From assembly GCA_964515405.1 (NCBI GenBank), contig CAZERD010000001.1:7629-71628 (forward strand): a stretch of DNA of 64,000 nt, read 5' to 3'. The translations under genes were made by a program, and so were the position numbers. This DNA is from an uncultured Desulfurellales bacterium. Its GTDB lineage: Bacteria > Campylobacterota_A > Desulfurellia > Desulfurellales > CAZERD01. Below the pieces are notes generated by a model. It had not been told where the DNA came from. It ran no database searches and saw nothing but the letters and a program-made list of their open reading frames with translations. How positions within the stretch are numbered: the first letter of the stretch is position 1; each line of letters starts with the position of its first letter. Below, one piece after another: positions 46,848 through 60,660 of the stretch.

Positions 46848-47728
46848 TGGTCCTCCTCTATGAGATTAAACATGCTTTCTATAGTAAACTTGGTAGGCAT
46901 TATACACTCCGCTCCAAAACTCTCAATGGCTTTTTTGGTCGTTGGTCCTATAGCTATGATGTTGTTTATCCTTCTAACTATACCTTTGCCATTTATTTGG
47001 ATGGTGTTTTTGAATGCTGATGGACTTGAAAATAGGGCATACTGAAAGCAATCATCGTACCTGTATGCGTAACTCTCTTTTGGTAGTACATTTTCGTACA
47101 CTTCTATTACTTCGAGCCTTTTTTTTTCGTAGATGTTGGAGTGCGCTTTTGCTGTTACTATAAGCGTTTCTGATGTTAGTTGTTTGATTAGCTCGGAGGA
47201 GACAAACGATTCTGGTACGAGGTCGATCCCTATTCCATACTTGGATATAAATTGCGCTGTTTTTTCTCCTATTGTACCTATCTTCTTGCCGCATAAGTAT
47301 TGCAGTTTTCCGGAACGAGTAAAAAAGTCAAATGCCCGTTTGCTTGTGAAGATTACCCATTCTATTTTTCTGTCCGGTAGCTTGAACTTGATAGGTTTAA
47401 AATCCATGCAGTAAACAGGGTATATATCCAGTTTCTCATCGTATTCTTCTGTGTATCTGATTAGATCGTCCCTGTTGGCGGCGAAGAGAACCTTTGGTCT
47501 TTTGGCGCTTGTTGCTGAACATTTTATTGTTATGTCACCGTCTCCTAGGGGGGTAACGGTTATATCTGATTGCTCATTTATGCCCTTGCATTTGAGGAGG
47601 AATTTTCTGTGTAGTAGGGGATGGTAGCTAACAAGTGAATCTATCATGGGGAAGAATCTGAGGGGGCAAGAATTTTGCACGGATATTATCACAGTGACCT
47701 CCTTATATGCTCGATGCACTCTTGGCAT
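46817..47728 (-). CDS. hemD: Uroporphyrinogen-III synthase-like protein (HemD-like) with N-terminal extension
   Basis: Lies downstream of hemA-hemC and has HemD-like segments (WVIFTSKRAFDFF, ALFSSPSAFKN). The start is uncertain (47728 or 47647) and neither candidate has a clear SD. Confidence 0.6.
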   Translation of the reverse strand: MPRVHRAYKEVTVIISVQNSCPLRFFPMIDSLVSYHPLLHRKFLLKCKGINEQSDITVTPLGDGDITIKCSATSAKRPKVLFAANRDDLIRYTEEYDEKLDIYPVYCMDFKPIKFKLPDRKIEWVIFTSKRAFDFFTRSGKLQYLCGKKIGTIGEKTAQFISKYGIGIDLVPESFVSSELIKQLTSETLIVTAKAHSNIYEKKRLEVIEVYENVLPKESYAYRYDDCFQYALFSSPSAFKNTIQINGKGIVRRINNIIAIGPTTKKAIESFGAECIMPTKFTIESMFNLIEEDQWTQQQNLKT

Positions 47729-48564
47729 ACTTTTTCTGGGTTGTGTCCCTCATGTTTGTGGTGCACTGTTTTTGAGAGGTCCTCGGGGAACCCATACATG
47801 ACCTTCATGGTGAATAGCTCTCCAGAGAAAGAGCAATGTGCTCCTATTGGATAATTACAGTTTGCGTTGAGTTCTCTGACAAATTTCCTTTCCATGTCTG
47901 TACATAGCCTAGTTTCTTTGTCTTCTATGTCTTTGAGTAACTCAATGAGCTCTGCTTTGGACGAGAGACACTCAACCGCTATCACGCCCTGTGAGGCCGC
48001 CGGCACTATGTTTAAATCCTCCATAGTGGCGCTGTTATACAGGTTTAGCCTCATTAGTCCGGCTTTTGATACAACTAGTGCATCTGCTTCCCCGTTCTTT
48101 AGCTTTTTGATGCGGGTATCCAAGTTTCCTCTTATGGGTGTAAATGTTACTTCTCCGAATGTTCTGAGCACTTCAGCCTGTCTCCTCAGGGAGGAGGTAC
48201 CTATGACTGTGTTTCTATTGATTATTTTTCCTTCTCTGTATATGATGGTGTCTTCAGGATAATCTCTCTTCAGTGTAAAAAAGGAAAACCTGCTGTCCTC
48301 GAATACGCTCATGTCTTTTAGACTGTGAACGGCAATTTCTATACTTCCTGCGAGTAGTTGTTCCTCAATTTCTCTTACAAAGAGCCCTTTTCCACCCGCT
48401 GTGTATAGTGGTTTATTTGCAAATCTGTCTCCGCTTGTTTTTATAATAACCGTCTCTGTAAAGAGGCCTTTTGAGCGTAGAATGGAAGCAACGATCTCTG
48501 TTTGTTTGAGGGCGAGTTTTGAGCCTCTTGTTCCTATTCTTAAGGGTTTTCTGAGAAGAAGCAT
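47689..48564 (-). CDS. hemC: Hydroxymethylbilane synthase (porphobilinogen deaminase)
   Basis: N-terminal LRIGTRGSKLALKQTE. 291 aa. Confidence 0.9.
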   Translation of the reverse strand: MLLLRKPLRIGTRGSKLALKQTEIVASILRSKGLFTETVIIKTSGDRFANKPLYTAGGKGLFVREIEEQLLAGSIEIAVHSLKDMSVFEDSRFSFFTLKRDYPEDTIIYREGKIINRNTVIGTSSLRRQAEVLRTFGEVTFTPIRGNLDTRIKKLKNGEADALVVSKAGLMRLNLYNSATMEDLNIVPAASQGVIAVECLSSKAELIELLKDIEDKETRLCTDMERKFVRELNANCNYPIGAHCSFSGELFTMKVMYGFPEDLSKTVHHKHEGHNPEKVCQECIEHIRRSL

Positions 48565-49850
48565 TTTACGTCTTTCTTTTTATCCTCAAGGTTGAATACT
48601 CTTTTAAGGAGCTCTATGTACAGGTCTCCCTCTGGATGGTCTATGAACTCTCTAATATTCATTGTTGGGTCGTGCAGAATCTTTTTTACTATGGCGTTTG
48701 TCATCTTATCAACATCATTTGCACATTTGTCATCCAGCTCTTTGTGTTTTCTCAGGAATCTTTTTACTTCGAGTTTCCTTGTTCTATCAGCCATTTCTCT
48801 TATTTTTGCGATCACGTTGTTGTAGTCCATTGACTCCACGTATGATATGTAGCTCTCCAGCTCGGCTTCTATTATGCTCTCCGCTGTTTCTAGTTGTTTG
48901 CCCCTCATTAGTTTTGTGTTTTCTATTATGTTTTTCAGGTCATCCAGATATATTAGCGTGATGTTTTCCATTTCTCCCACTGTTTCGTCTACATCCCTGG
49001 GTATGGCTGTGTCTATTATTAGGAGCTTTCCTCTCTTTTTGGAAAATGTTTCAGGTAACAATATGGGCTTCTCCGAGGAGGTGGAAGTGAATATTATATC
49101 GACGCTGTTGACGTGATTTGCTATATCATTTAAAGGGATTATTTTTGCTCCGTATTTCTTTGACAGTTCTCTGGCATTCTCAATGGTTCTATTGGCTATA
49201 TGGGTTATCCTAACGCCGCTTGAAGAGAAGTGCTCCGCTGCAAGCCTACTCATTCCTCCTACGCCAACAAGCATCATTCGTTTTGATCGTATATTTGTCG
49301 TGTTTTTGGCTTTTATAAGGGCTGCATATGCTATGCTCACAGCCCCTTTTCCTATGTTTGTTCGGCTTCTTATGAGCTTGGCGACATGAAATGCTCTCCT
49401 CATTATTCTGTTAAGCACGGCTCCGCTTGCCATGAAATCCACTGACCACCTGTAGGATTCCTTTATCTGACCCAGTATTTGCGGTTCTCCTACGACCATT
49501 GAGTCGAGTCCTGATGCAACCCTGAATATGTGTTTGACTACGTCAAGGTCTTTTTTTACGTACAGGTATCCTTTGAGTTCCCCTATGGGTATTCCTGAAT
49601 GTTCACTGAGATACTCTATTATGTCTGGGATTACGTCGCTTGATGAAACTGTTATGATTTCTGTTCTGTTGCATGTTGAAACGATCATAACTTCGCGTAT
49701 GCTTGGTATGGATTTTACCTCCTTGAGGTATATGTCAAGATTATCGGTGGGGAAGGCACATTTTTCACGGATGGTAATAGGTGAATAGTTGTGGTTCGTT
49801 CCTATTAATGAAAGGATCCCGCTTTCTTTACTTCTCTCTTTCAACGGCAT
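48540..49850 (-). CDS. hemA: Glutamyl-tRNA reductase
   Basis: Catalytic-Cys context VSTCNRTEI and NAD motif VGVGGMS. I chose the ATG at 49850; the ORF-track start at 49892 would add 14 aa inside the upstream gene. Confidence 0.9.
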   Translation of the reverse strand: MPLKERSKESGILSLIGTNHNYSPITIREKCAFPTDNLDIYLKEVKSIPSIREVMIVSTCNRTEIITVSSSDVIPDIIEYLSEHSGIPIGELKGYLYVKKDLDVVKHIFRVASGLDSMVVGEPQILGQIKESYRWSVDFMASGAVLNRIMRRAFHVAKLIRSRTNIGKGAVSIAYAALIKAKNTTNIRSKRMMLVGVGGMSRLAAEHFSSSGVRITHIANRTIENARELSKKYGAKIIPLNDIANHVNSVDIIFTSTSSEKPILLPETFSKKRGKLLIIDTAIPRDVDETVGEMENITLIYLDDLKNIIENTKLMRGKQLETAESIIEAELESYISYVESMDYNNVIAKIREMADRTRKLEVKRFLRKHKELDDKCANDVDKMTNAIVKKILHDPTMNIREFIDHPEGDLYIELLKRVFNLEDKKKDVKCFFSENP

Positions 49851-50781
49851 AGTCGCACATTGCCATGAGGTAATTTTTGTACTGTGAATCATCCAGGAGC
49901 TTTATGGTTTCTTTTGCCTTCTCTGAGTATTTCTTTGCCATGTTCAATGCTTCCTTTAGCCCCGATTCCCTTACCCCGTCGTGTATTGAATTCAGCAACC
50001 CCCCATCCCCTGTTTTGAAGTACTCTACTATATCCCTTCTGAGAGAGATGTGTTTTCTTATAGCGTAGAGGGTAGGAAGGGTTAATTTTCCCTCTTTGAG
50101 ATCATGTTCTGAATCTTTCCCCATTGTTTTTGTTTGTTCAAAGTCCAAGCAATCGTCCCTTATCTGGAATGCCATTCCCAAGTTTTTCCCGAATTCCCCA
50201 AAGATTCTTTGATAATTCTGGGTTGACAACATTGAGCCCACCACTGCACTTGATTCAATAAGCACCGCGGTTTTTTTATATATTATGTTCAGATATTTAT
50301 CAACAGATATATTCGGGTTGAAAGCGTGTTCTATTTCCTCTGTTTCCCCTTCAGATAACAGGTAAGCCGCTCTTGATATATTTTTTGCGATGGTTATATC
50401 AAATTCTAGTACCATATTAAAAGCCAAGGAGTAAAGATAGTCTCCACTGAGTATAGTTGGGTTGATTCCGTACACGGTGTGAGCTGTATCTTTATTCCTT
50501 CTCTTTGTGGCTTCGTCTATTACATCGTCGTGTAACAAACTTGCTGTGTGTATCAACTCCACTATGCATCCAAGCTTCAAAGCCTTTTCTATGTTTGTAC
50601 TTTCATTCAGAGAGAGAGCGGAGTATAGAACTATCAGCGGTCTAAGCCTTTTGCCTCCTTTTATTATCTGTTCATAGACTCCTTTTATTAGATTGCTGTT
50701 GGTTATAACTATTGTTGCAAGCATGTTGTCTATTAAAGGTATATCTATGGAAGCTCTTTGTTTAAGGAGTTCAATCATCAC
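49828..50781 (-). CDS. Polyprenyl diphosphate synthase (trans-IPPS, IspB-like)
   Basis: First and second Asp-rich motifs [10 protein letters not shown] and QIRDDCLDF. Confidence 0.85.
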   Translation of the reverse strand: MMIELLKQRASIDIPLIDNMLATIVITNSNLIKGVYEQIIKGGKRLRPLIVLYSALSLNESTNIEKALKLGCIVELIHTASLLHDDVIDEATKRRNKDTAHTVYGINPTILSGDYLYSLAFNMVLEFDITIAKNISRAAYLLSEGETEEIEHAFNPNISVDKYLNIIYKKTAVLIESSAVVGSMLSTQNYQRIFGEFGKNLGMAFQIRDDCLDFEQTKTMGKDSEHDLKEGKLTLPTLYAIRKHISLRRDIVEYFKTGDGGLLNSIHDGVRESGLKEALNMAKKYSEKAKETIKLLDDSQYKNYLMAMCDYAVEREK

Positions 50782-53203
50782 TTGTTTCTACCCTTGAGAG
50801 TCCAACGACTTCGTCTCCATCTGAAAGCTCCATGAGTTTTATTCCATACGCCATTCTTCCCATAACTCTCAGCGTTTCTGATTTAATTCTTATGAGTTTA
50901 CCCTTTCTTGTGATGAGGAAGATATCATCCTCAGGGGTGACTATGGAGCTTGCCACCACATAGTTGCCCTCTTTCAATTTCATACCTATTACACCTCTTC
51001 CTCCTCTCTTTATAAGTCTGATGTCGGATGTGTTTATGAGTTTGCCTATTCCCATTGCTGTTACTATTAGCACTCTGGAGTTTTCTTCACCCCCAAATCT
51101 ATCTGCTGATACAACTATGTCGGTGTTGGTCAGTTTTATGCCCCTCACGCCTGAGGCAGTTCTGCCCATCAATCTTACGTCGGAAACCTTGAATCTTATA
51201 ACCATTCCGTGTTTTGTCGTCAGTATGATGTTATCTTTCTCCGCTGTTTCAAGCACCCTTATCAGCGAGTCGTCTTCTGAGAGTGTGATGGCTATCTTCC
51301 CAGCTGAGGTAATGTTTGAAAACTCTGTCTTGTTACATCTCTTTACTATGCCATTTGAAGTGACAAAAAATAGATTCCCTCTTGCTTTCATGGGTAGGAT
51401 TGTTTTAACAAATTCGCCGGGTTTGAGGTTTAGTAGGTTAACTATGGGTTTTCCTTTGGCTGTGGGTTGAAGTTTCGGTATTTCGTAGGTTTTTATTTTG
51501 TACACCCTGCCGGAATTTGTAAAGCATAGTAGGTCGTCTGTGCTTTCTGCTACAAAGACGTCCGATATGCTATCCCCGTCCGCAAAAGTGGATACGAGTC
51601 TCCCTTTTCCGCCCTTATTCTGAGTGGAGTAGTTGCCAGCCGTAATAGTTTTTATATACCCTCTTCTTGAGAAGACGACAACGAGATTCTCAATCTTTAT
51701 CATGTCCTCAATGTCTATTTTTTCTTCCTCTTCTTTTATCTCTGTTTTTCTTGAGTCTCCGTAGATTTTCTTGATTTCCGTGAGCTCTTTTTCTATTGTG
51801 AATTTCATTGCTTCTTTATTTGATAGTATTGTTTCGTATTGTTGTATGTCTTTGTTTAGTTGTTTGTATTCCTCAAGTAGCTTTTTTCTCTCAAGGCCTA
51901 CCAGACGGGAGAGTTTCATGTCCAGTATTGCTTGGGCCTGACGGTCAGATAACGTGAATCTTTCCTTGAGTTTGTTTCTGGCTTCCTGGGTGTTTTTGGA
52001 AGATTTTATTATGTTTACCACTTCGTCTATGTATTCCAGCGCCCTCATCAAGCCTTCAAGCACATGTGCCCTATCTCTGGCCTTGTTTAGTAAGAATGTG
52101 GTTTTCCTCTTTAGTATGTTTATCCTGTGCTTTACAAAGATTCCTATTAGTTCCTTTATATTGAGTACGCGGGGTACATTATCTTCAAGCGCTAGCATGT
52201 TTATGCCGAAAGTTATCTGCATGTTTGTATATTTATACAGGTTATTGAGCACAACATTTGCTTGTTCGTCTTTTTTTAGCTCGATAACTATTCTGACACC
52301 CTCCTTGCTTGATTCATCTCTAATGTCTGTTATGCCTTCTATTTTCTTGTTCTTCACGAGTTCGGATATGGATTGTATAAGCAGTGATTTGTTGACTTGG
52401 TAGGGTATTTCGTACACAATTATAGATTCTTTATTCTTATTTCTTTCTATTTTAGCTTTGGATCTTATTTTTACCCTACCCAGTCCGTGCTTGTAGGCTT
52501 CTACTATGCTGTTTCTGTCAAAACATATACCACCTGTTGGAAAGTCTGGTCCTGTTATTATGTTCATAAGTTCATCAATTGTGATTTCTCCTTCGCTTTT
52601 TAGGTAGGCGAGAGAAGCATCTATTATTTCGTTGAGGTTATGTGGTGGTATGTTTGTTGCGAATCCGACAGCTATTCCGCTTGAGCCGTTTATTAACAGA
52701 TTGGGTATATAAGAAGGGAGTACTGAGGGCTCTTTGAGGGATTCATCGTAGTTTGGGACAAAATCTACAGTGTTTTTGTCAAGATCCCTAAGCATCTCTT
52801 CGGCTACCTTTGATAATCTTGCCTCTGTATATCTCATAGCTGCTGGTGAGTCCCCGTCAAGGGAGCCGAAGTTACCCTGTCCATCCACGAGGGGATACCT
52901 CATTGAGAAATCTTGGGCCATTCTCACGAGGGCATCGTAAACGGCTGAATCTCCGTGTGGATGGTATTTACCCACCACATCCCCAACTACTCGGGCACAT
53001 TTTTTATAGGGTCTGTTATGTTCCAAGTTGAGTTCTTTCATAGCGTAGAGTATCCTTCTGTGAACGGGTTTGAGTCCATCTCTGGCATCAGGTATAGCCC
53101 TTCCAACGATTACACTCATGGAATAGTCAAGGTAAGACTGTTTCATGCTGGATTCTATATCGACTTCAACAATATTTTTGTTCGAAAACAACATTTCCTC
53201 CAT
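50771..53203 (-). CDS. gyrA: DNA gyrase subunit A
   Basis: 810 aa with the active-site Tyr context AAMRYTE and a C-terminal beta-pinwheel repeat region. Confidence 0.95.
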   Translation of the reverse strand: MEEMLFSNKNIVEVDIESSMKQSYLDYSMSVIVGRAIPDARDGLKPVHRRILYAMKELNLEHNRPYKKCARVVGDVVGKYHPHGDSAVYDALVRMAQDFSMRYPLVDGQGNFGSLDGDSPAAMRYTEARLSKVAEEMLRDLDKNTVDFVPNYDESLKEPSVLPSYIPNLLINGSSGIAVGFATNIPPHNLNEIIDASLAYLKSEGEITIDELMNIITGPDFPTGGICFDRNSIVEAYKHGLGRVKIRSKAKIERNKNKESIIVYEIPYQVNKSLLIQSISELVKNKKIEGITDIRDESSKEGVRIVIELKKDEQANVVLNNLYKYTNMQITFGINMLALEDNVPRVLNIKELIGIFVKHRINILKRKTTFLLNKARDRAHVLEGLMRALEYIDEVVNIIKSSKNTQEARNKLKERFTLSDRQAQAILDMKLSRLVGLERKKLLEEYKQLNKDIQQYETILSNKEAMKFTIEKELTEIKKIYGDSRKTEIKEEEEKIDIEDMIKIENLVVVFSRRGYIKTITAGNYSTQNKGGKGRLVSTFADGDSISDVFVAESTDDLLCFTNSGRVYKIKTYEIPKLQPTAKGKPIVNLLNLKPGEFVKTILPMKARGNLFFVTSNGIVKRCNKTEFSNITSAGKIAITLSEDDSLIRVLETAEKDNIILTTKHGMVIRFKVSDVRLMGRTASGVRGIKLTNTDIVVSADRFGGEENSRVLIVTAMGIGKLINTSDIRLIKRGGRGVIGMKLKEGNYVVASSIVTPEDDIFLITRKGKLIRIKSETLRVMGRMAYGIKLMELSDGDEVVGLSRVETSDD

Positions 53204-53211
53204 ACTCCACC

Positions 53212-56560
<3,349 letters not shown>

Positions 56561-56564
<4 letters not shown>

Positions 56565-57655
56565 CTCGTTATAGAGACTATGAGATATTTGTATTGAAAT
56601 AGATCGTTTTCTGCTTCGAACATCAGGGGAGAGCTTTTATCTCTGTAGAATATTTTGACCGTCTCTGATGAGATATGTGTTAGGAAATCTATAGCATACC
56701 TGCAGTCCAAGAGAAATTCTTCTCCATTTCCAGTGGATTCTGTTATATTTATTATGTCTGTAGCTTCTTCCCCTTCTGGACTTGTTGATATAAGTGTCAG
56801 TTGGTTTTTTTCTGTATCTATCCTGAAGGATGTTTCATTATTTTTGTATACCGTGAAGATCCTTTTTAAAGAGCTCAACAGTTCGTATTTGTTGACGATT
56901 ACCATGTTGTCTTCCTCTGATAACAGTATCTCCTTGTAATTTGGAAAGTTTCCTTCTATAGTCTTTATTCTAAATTCTGAGTATTCTGAACGGAGCACTA
57001 TGGAGTGTAATGTCCTGTAGAGTCCGGCGTTTGTCATATGTATTCTCGATACAAGCGAGGCTCCATCATATTCTATTATTTCTTTTAGGGTCTTGTCAGA
57101 TTTTTGGGTTGTCGACACTGTGGCAAGTCTATATCTGTCGGTGGCCGTAGATGTTATTCTTTCCCCATCTAATTCTATCAGCAAACCCGTGTACTCCCGT
57201 GATATGTCGTTCTTGCTGGCTGCGTATATTGAGGATTTGACCGTTTGTTTTAGGGTGTTGAAATCTATCTTTGATATGAATTCCACTTCCTCTTCTTCCT
57301 CCTGTGGGTATATCTCTGGGTCTATTGTTTTATAAGAGGTTTTGAAGTTGGAGTTTTTAAGTATGATTAGCTTATCTTGAACGGAGATTTCTGTTATTTC
57401 GTCCTCGAACTCTCTCAGTATAGAGCTTATTCGTTCTGGTGGCATTATAAATGCTGTTTCATCCATGCCGGTTTCCGTTTCAGCGTCTATTTTCTGTTTG
57501 GACGATACTAATCCGTTCGTTGAGTACACCGTTATGCTGGACGGAGAGAGTTTTATCAAACAGTTTGATAGTATATTGTTCTTGTCTTTGGAGGAAGTAT
57601 ACTCCGCTATTTGGAAAACATCCCTTAGTTTTTTGGTTTGGACTCTTATGGACAT
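56561..57655 (-). CDS. dnaN: DNA polymerase III beta sliding clamp
   Basis: About 364 aa with three-domain clamp length and sequence. I chose the second ATG (57655) because GGAGGTGA lies directly upstream; the first ATG (57667) has no SD. Confidence 0.9.
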
Positions 57656-57732
57656 TCTCACCTCCATGCTGGGTGTTTAATACTCACTTTATTATATACA
57701 AATTTTTTCACATGTTGAAGTGTTTCTTTCCC

Positions 57733-59565
57733 CTATTCTTTCAGACTGCTTTTTTTGTACTCGTATATGTCTGAGTATCCGGTGAGGGACTCCTTCGGGT
57801 TCATCATAGTGGTAGCTTCAATGACAAGCAATCCCAGTTCATTTACAGTGTTTACGCCAACATATCCAGCCTGTTTGCAAGCAAAGAATGCTTTTGAGAA
57901 GGTGTCTGGGGAAAGCCCGCTAGACTTTACGGCTTCTTTGGCCTTTTTGGGTGGTATCCTTATTTTTTTTTCGGATTCGTAGAGTAGCCCTGCCCTAGCC
58001 AAGGATGCAATCACCCTGTACATGGTAGGAGTTATGGGTGTTGCGAATCCCGCTGGTATGCTTGTTAGTACCTTGTGTATAATCCTACCGGCTTCTGTCT
58101 TCACTATGTTTCCATCTGGTAGTATCTCTATGAGATGTTCTGCTTCTAGTCTGTCCAATATACTTTCGAGTTTACTTTTTTCATTTTCATTTTTTGCATC
58201 TTTGAGTATATCCCAGATCGTGGTACCCTTTTCTCTTATTCTTTTGAATACTTCTCCATCTCTCTTTGTGATATATGGTTTTCTATCTATATTTTCCGAA
58301 AGAAATGCGTAAAAGTATCCGGATTTTGTTGGTTCATTGCTACCTATAATACCCTCCACTTGGGCCCTGTTGAACCACTCTGTGTTTGGGGCCGAAAATA
58401 CTTTTCTTGTCATGGTGATTGCCTTGATTGATGTTGAGGATATACTTCTCTTCTTTATTTTCTGGTCTTCAAGTACCTTTTTTCCAAAATACGTCAGTTT
58501 GAGCGTATCTGATGAATCCTCGTTTGTGTTTATCTCCACAAGATTAAAAGCTTCCAGGGAATATAGGATGTTTCTCAGTTCTGAGTCTTTGTTGATTTTT
58601 ATTTGGAGTTTTTTACTGTTCATGATTTCTTCAAGGTATACAACCTCTGAGTTTTTTTCTGTTTTCCTAAGGTTGTCTATGTGGAATAGCACTTCAATTT
58701 CTTTTTCTCCTATGGAGAACGACCACACGTCTGTTCTGTTCTTCCTTTTCCACAATCTGTGTACCTCCAGTGCCCACTCTCCTGCGGGTAGGAGTTCTCT
58801 ATGATTTCCAATGTAACCAAGTAGTTGAAGCCATAGAATTGTTGAATCAGGCACGTCATTGCCGTCGGCCACATCTGTCAGGTTTGCAAGTATGGTAGGT
58901 GTTAAAACGTATCCTTCTTTTACGAAACCTCCCAGCTCTAGTGTGTTCTTGACGGCTTGTCCAAGAGCTGTGAACGAATACACATTTGAGTCTGGGATGC
59001 TGTAGGCTATTAGCCTCATGGATTCAAGTAGATGCTCAAAATAACAGTTGTTTTTGAGTTTGGAACTGAGTGCTGGACCTGTTGGGAGTGTTCGGATGTG
59101 TTCTGCGAGTTCGTGAGACACTACAAGGAGAGGGGATATGGAGTTATAGAGACTAAACACTTCCCTGCCGGCTTCGTTGGTTTCAGGGTATGTCTTTTGG
59201 TTGTGTTCGTCCACAAACCCGCGCTCCTTTAGGGGTTCTATGGATGTATCTGTTATTCGCCCCCCTTTTATAGAGGAGTCGAGCATTGCTATCACTTCAG
59301 AGCCGAGCCATCGCCAGTCTGGATTCCACTGTTCTGGCGATAAGAGACGTCCTGAGTCTATAAGATTGCTCAGCGTGTTTGCTAGCTCAGCGCCTGAAAA
59401 GGTTAGAATGACCCTGAGGTTTGAATCCAGAGACACCAGCCCTGCTCTTTCTAGTGTTCTCACTGTTTCTGTGTTGTTTTGCTCCAGTACAGTCAAGGGT
59501 TCTCCCTCGGTTTTTTCTTTTAAGAGTGCTAGAAGCATTTTAGCTTGGGCGCTTTTTATTATCAT
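57733..59565 (-). CDS. Uncharacterised 610-aa soluble protein with repeated winged-helix-like motifs
   Basis: Long ORF with a strong SD (GGAGGTAAGG, 3 nt from the ATG) and its own promoter. It has no P-loop and no TM segment. wHTH-like motifs recur: LERAGLVSL, LKERGFVDE, LARAGLLYE, KQAGYVGV, LEAEHLIEIL and LEAFNLVEI. Confidence 0.6.
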   Translation of the reverse strand: MIIKSAQAKMLLALLKEKTEGEPLTVLEQNNTETVRTLERAGLVSLDSNLRVILTFSGAELANTLSNLIDSGRLLSPEQWNPDWRWLGSEVIAMLDSSIKGGRITDTSIEPLKERGFVDEHNQKTYPETNEAGREVFSLYNSISPLLVVSHELAEHIRTLPTGPALSSKLKNNCYFEHLLESMRLIAYSIPDSNVYSFTALGQAVKNTLELGGFVKEGYVLTPTILANLTDVADGNDVPDSTILWLQLLGYIGNHRELLPAGEWALEVHRLWKRKNRTDVWSFSIGEKEIEVLFHIDNLRKTEKNSEVVYLEEIMNSKKLQIKINKDSELRNILYSLEAFNLVEINTNEDSSDTLKLTYFGKKVLEDQKIKKRSISSTSIKAITMTRKVFSAPNTEWFNRAQVEGIIGSNEPTKSGYFYAFLSENIDRKPYITKRDGEVFKRIREKGTTIWDILKDAKNENEKSKLESILDRLEAEHLIEILPDGNIVKTEAGRIIHKVLTSIPAGFATPITPTMYRVIASLARAGLLYESEKKIRIPPKKAKEAVKSSGLSPDTFSKAFFACKQAGYVGVNTVNELGLLVIEATTMMNPKESLTGYSDIYEYKKSSLKE

Positions 59566-59597
59566 TTACCTTACCTCCGCAATTTGTTTCTCATCTA

Positions 59598-59625
59598 TAT
59601 ATAGGTCTATGGTTGAAAAGGTCAA
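59598..59625 (-). promoter_or_regulatory. Sigma-70-type promoter for the 610-aa gene
   Basis: The minus strand reads TTGACC, 16 nt, TATATA, about 30 nt upstream of the ATG. Confidence 0.55.
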
Positions 59626-59768
59626 ATTGGAGGTAACGTGATTCTGTATTGTTGGTAGGGACTGTCGGTTGGGGGATCTTGGTGATTTTATGGTAAAACG
59701 TGATGGAATGTTGTATATTTATTAGAGCATTATAATATTGTAAGTGATTGAAGTAAGGTTGGTGGCCC

Positions 59769-60563
59769 GTGGATCATGCGTTTCTTCTTATCATTGTCTT
59801 TTTTGTTGTATCAACATTTTTCTCAATGGTGGGGATAGGAGGAGGCATTTTATATGTGCCGATTCTTCTGTTTGCTGGTTTCTCTATGAAACAAGCTCCG
59901 GCCATCAGTTTAATCCTTATAGTGGCAACTTCAGTGTCTGCTCTGTTGACATACTGGCATAATCATAAGGTGGACTGGAAATTAGCTCTGGTGATAGATG
60001 TACCAACAGATATAATGGCTTTCGTCGGAGGCTATTTTAGCTGGGCTTTCTCTGAGGTAGTGCTTAAAGCCATGCTGGCAGGTGTGCTTGTTGTAGCTGG
60101 GATTATGATGATGGGAGGTAATACACACAGGGCTGCTTTGGTGGATGCTCCAAAGAGGCGCTGGTGTTGGCACCGTACTTTCAACGGTGTGGAGTACTTT
60201 GTTAATATGCCGTTGGTGTTTGCTGTTGCTGTTTTTATCGGTACTATCTCTGGTATGATAGGTGTAACGGGTGGTGTTGTTAAACTTCCCGTTATGGTGC
60301 TTTTGTGTGGTGTTCCCATGGATGTGGCTGTTGCTACTTCGACGGCTATGGTGGCTGTGACGGCTGCTTTTGGACTTGCAGGACATGCTGTACATGGGGC
60401 TATTCAGTGGAGGATGGGGTTATTTTTGGCACTTGCTGCTATAGCTGGCGGAATCTTGGGGAGCAATATATCCATAACCATGGATAAGCGTAGACTCAAA
60501 CGATTGTTTGGAGTTGTGCTTGTTCTTGTTGCTTTGAGGTTGGTCGCTCAGTTGCTTTTATGA
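59769..60563 (+). CDS. TauE/SafE (DUF81) family anion exporter-like membrane protein
   Basis: GTG start. 264 aa, about eight TM segments, and the family's Gly-rich motifs (MVGIGGGILYVP; GMIGVTGGVVKLP). Confidence 0.8.
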   Translation: MDHAFLLIIVFFVVSTFFSMVGIGGGILYVPILLFAGFSMKQAPAISLILIVATSVSALLTYWHNHKVDWKLALVIDVPTDIMAFVGGYFSWAFSEVVLKAMLAGVLVVAGIMMMGGNTHRAALVDAPKRRWCWHRTFNGVEYFVNMPLVFAVAVFIGTISGMIGVTGGVVKLPVMVLLCGVPMDVAVATSTAMVAVTAAFGLAGHAVHGAIQWRMGLFLALAAIAGGILGSNISITMDKRRLKRLFGVVLVLVALRLVAQLLL

Positions 60564-60660
60564 ATGGGTTGTGATTATTTTTTTGATATATTTCTGAAGC
60601 TTTGGTAATACCCAGGAGCTCAGGGGGGAGATATTTGGATTAGTAGAGCATATCTAATGA

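Noticed and set aside
57656-59768. Possible replication origin next to dnaN, given that genes diverge at 59566-59768 and a dnaN-recF-gyrB cluster is present.
   Set aside because: I found no cluster of DnaA boxes (TTATCCACA or its complement) in 57656-57732, 59566-59768 or 60564-61130. The only hit is a single 7/9 match near 61113-61121. There is no dnaA gene and no obvious AT-rich 13-mer array. A cumulative GC-skew calculation on the whole genome would settle it.
60168-60183. TGGCAC-N5-TTTCA, a close match to the sigma-54 promoter consensus.
   Set aside because: It lies in the middle of the TauE-family coding sequence with no downstream gene start to serve. It is probably a chance match.
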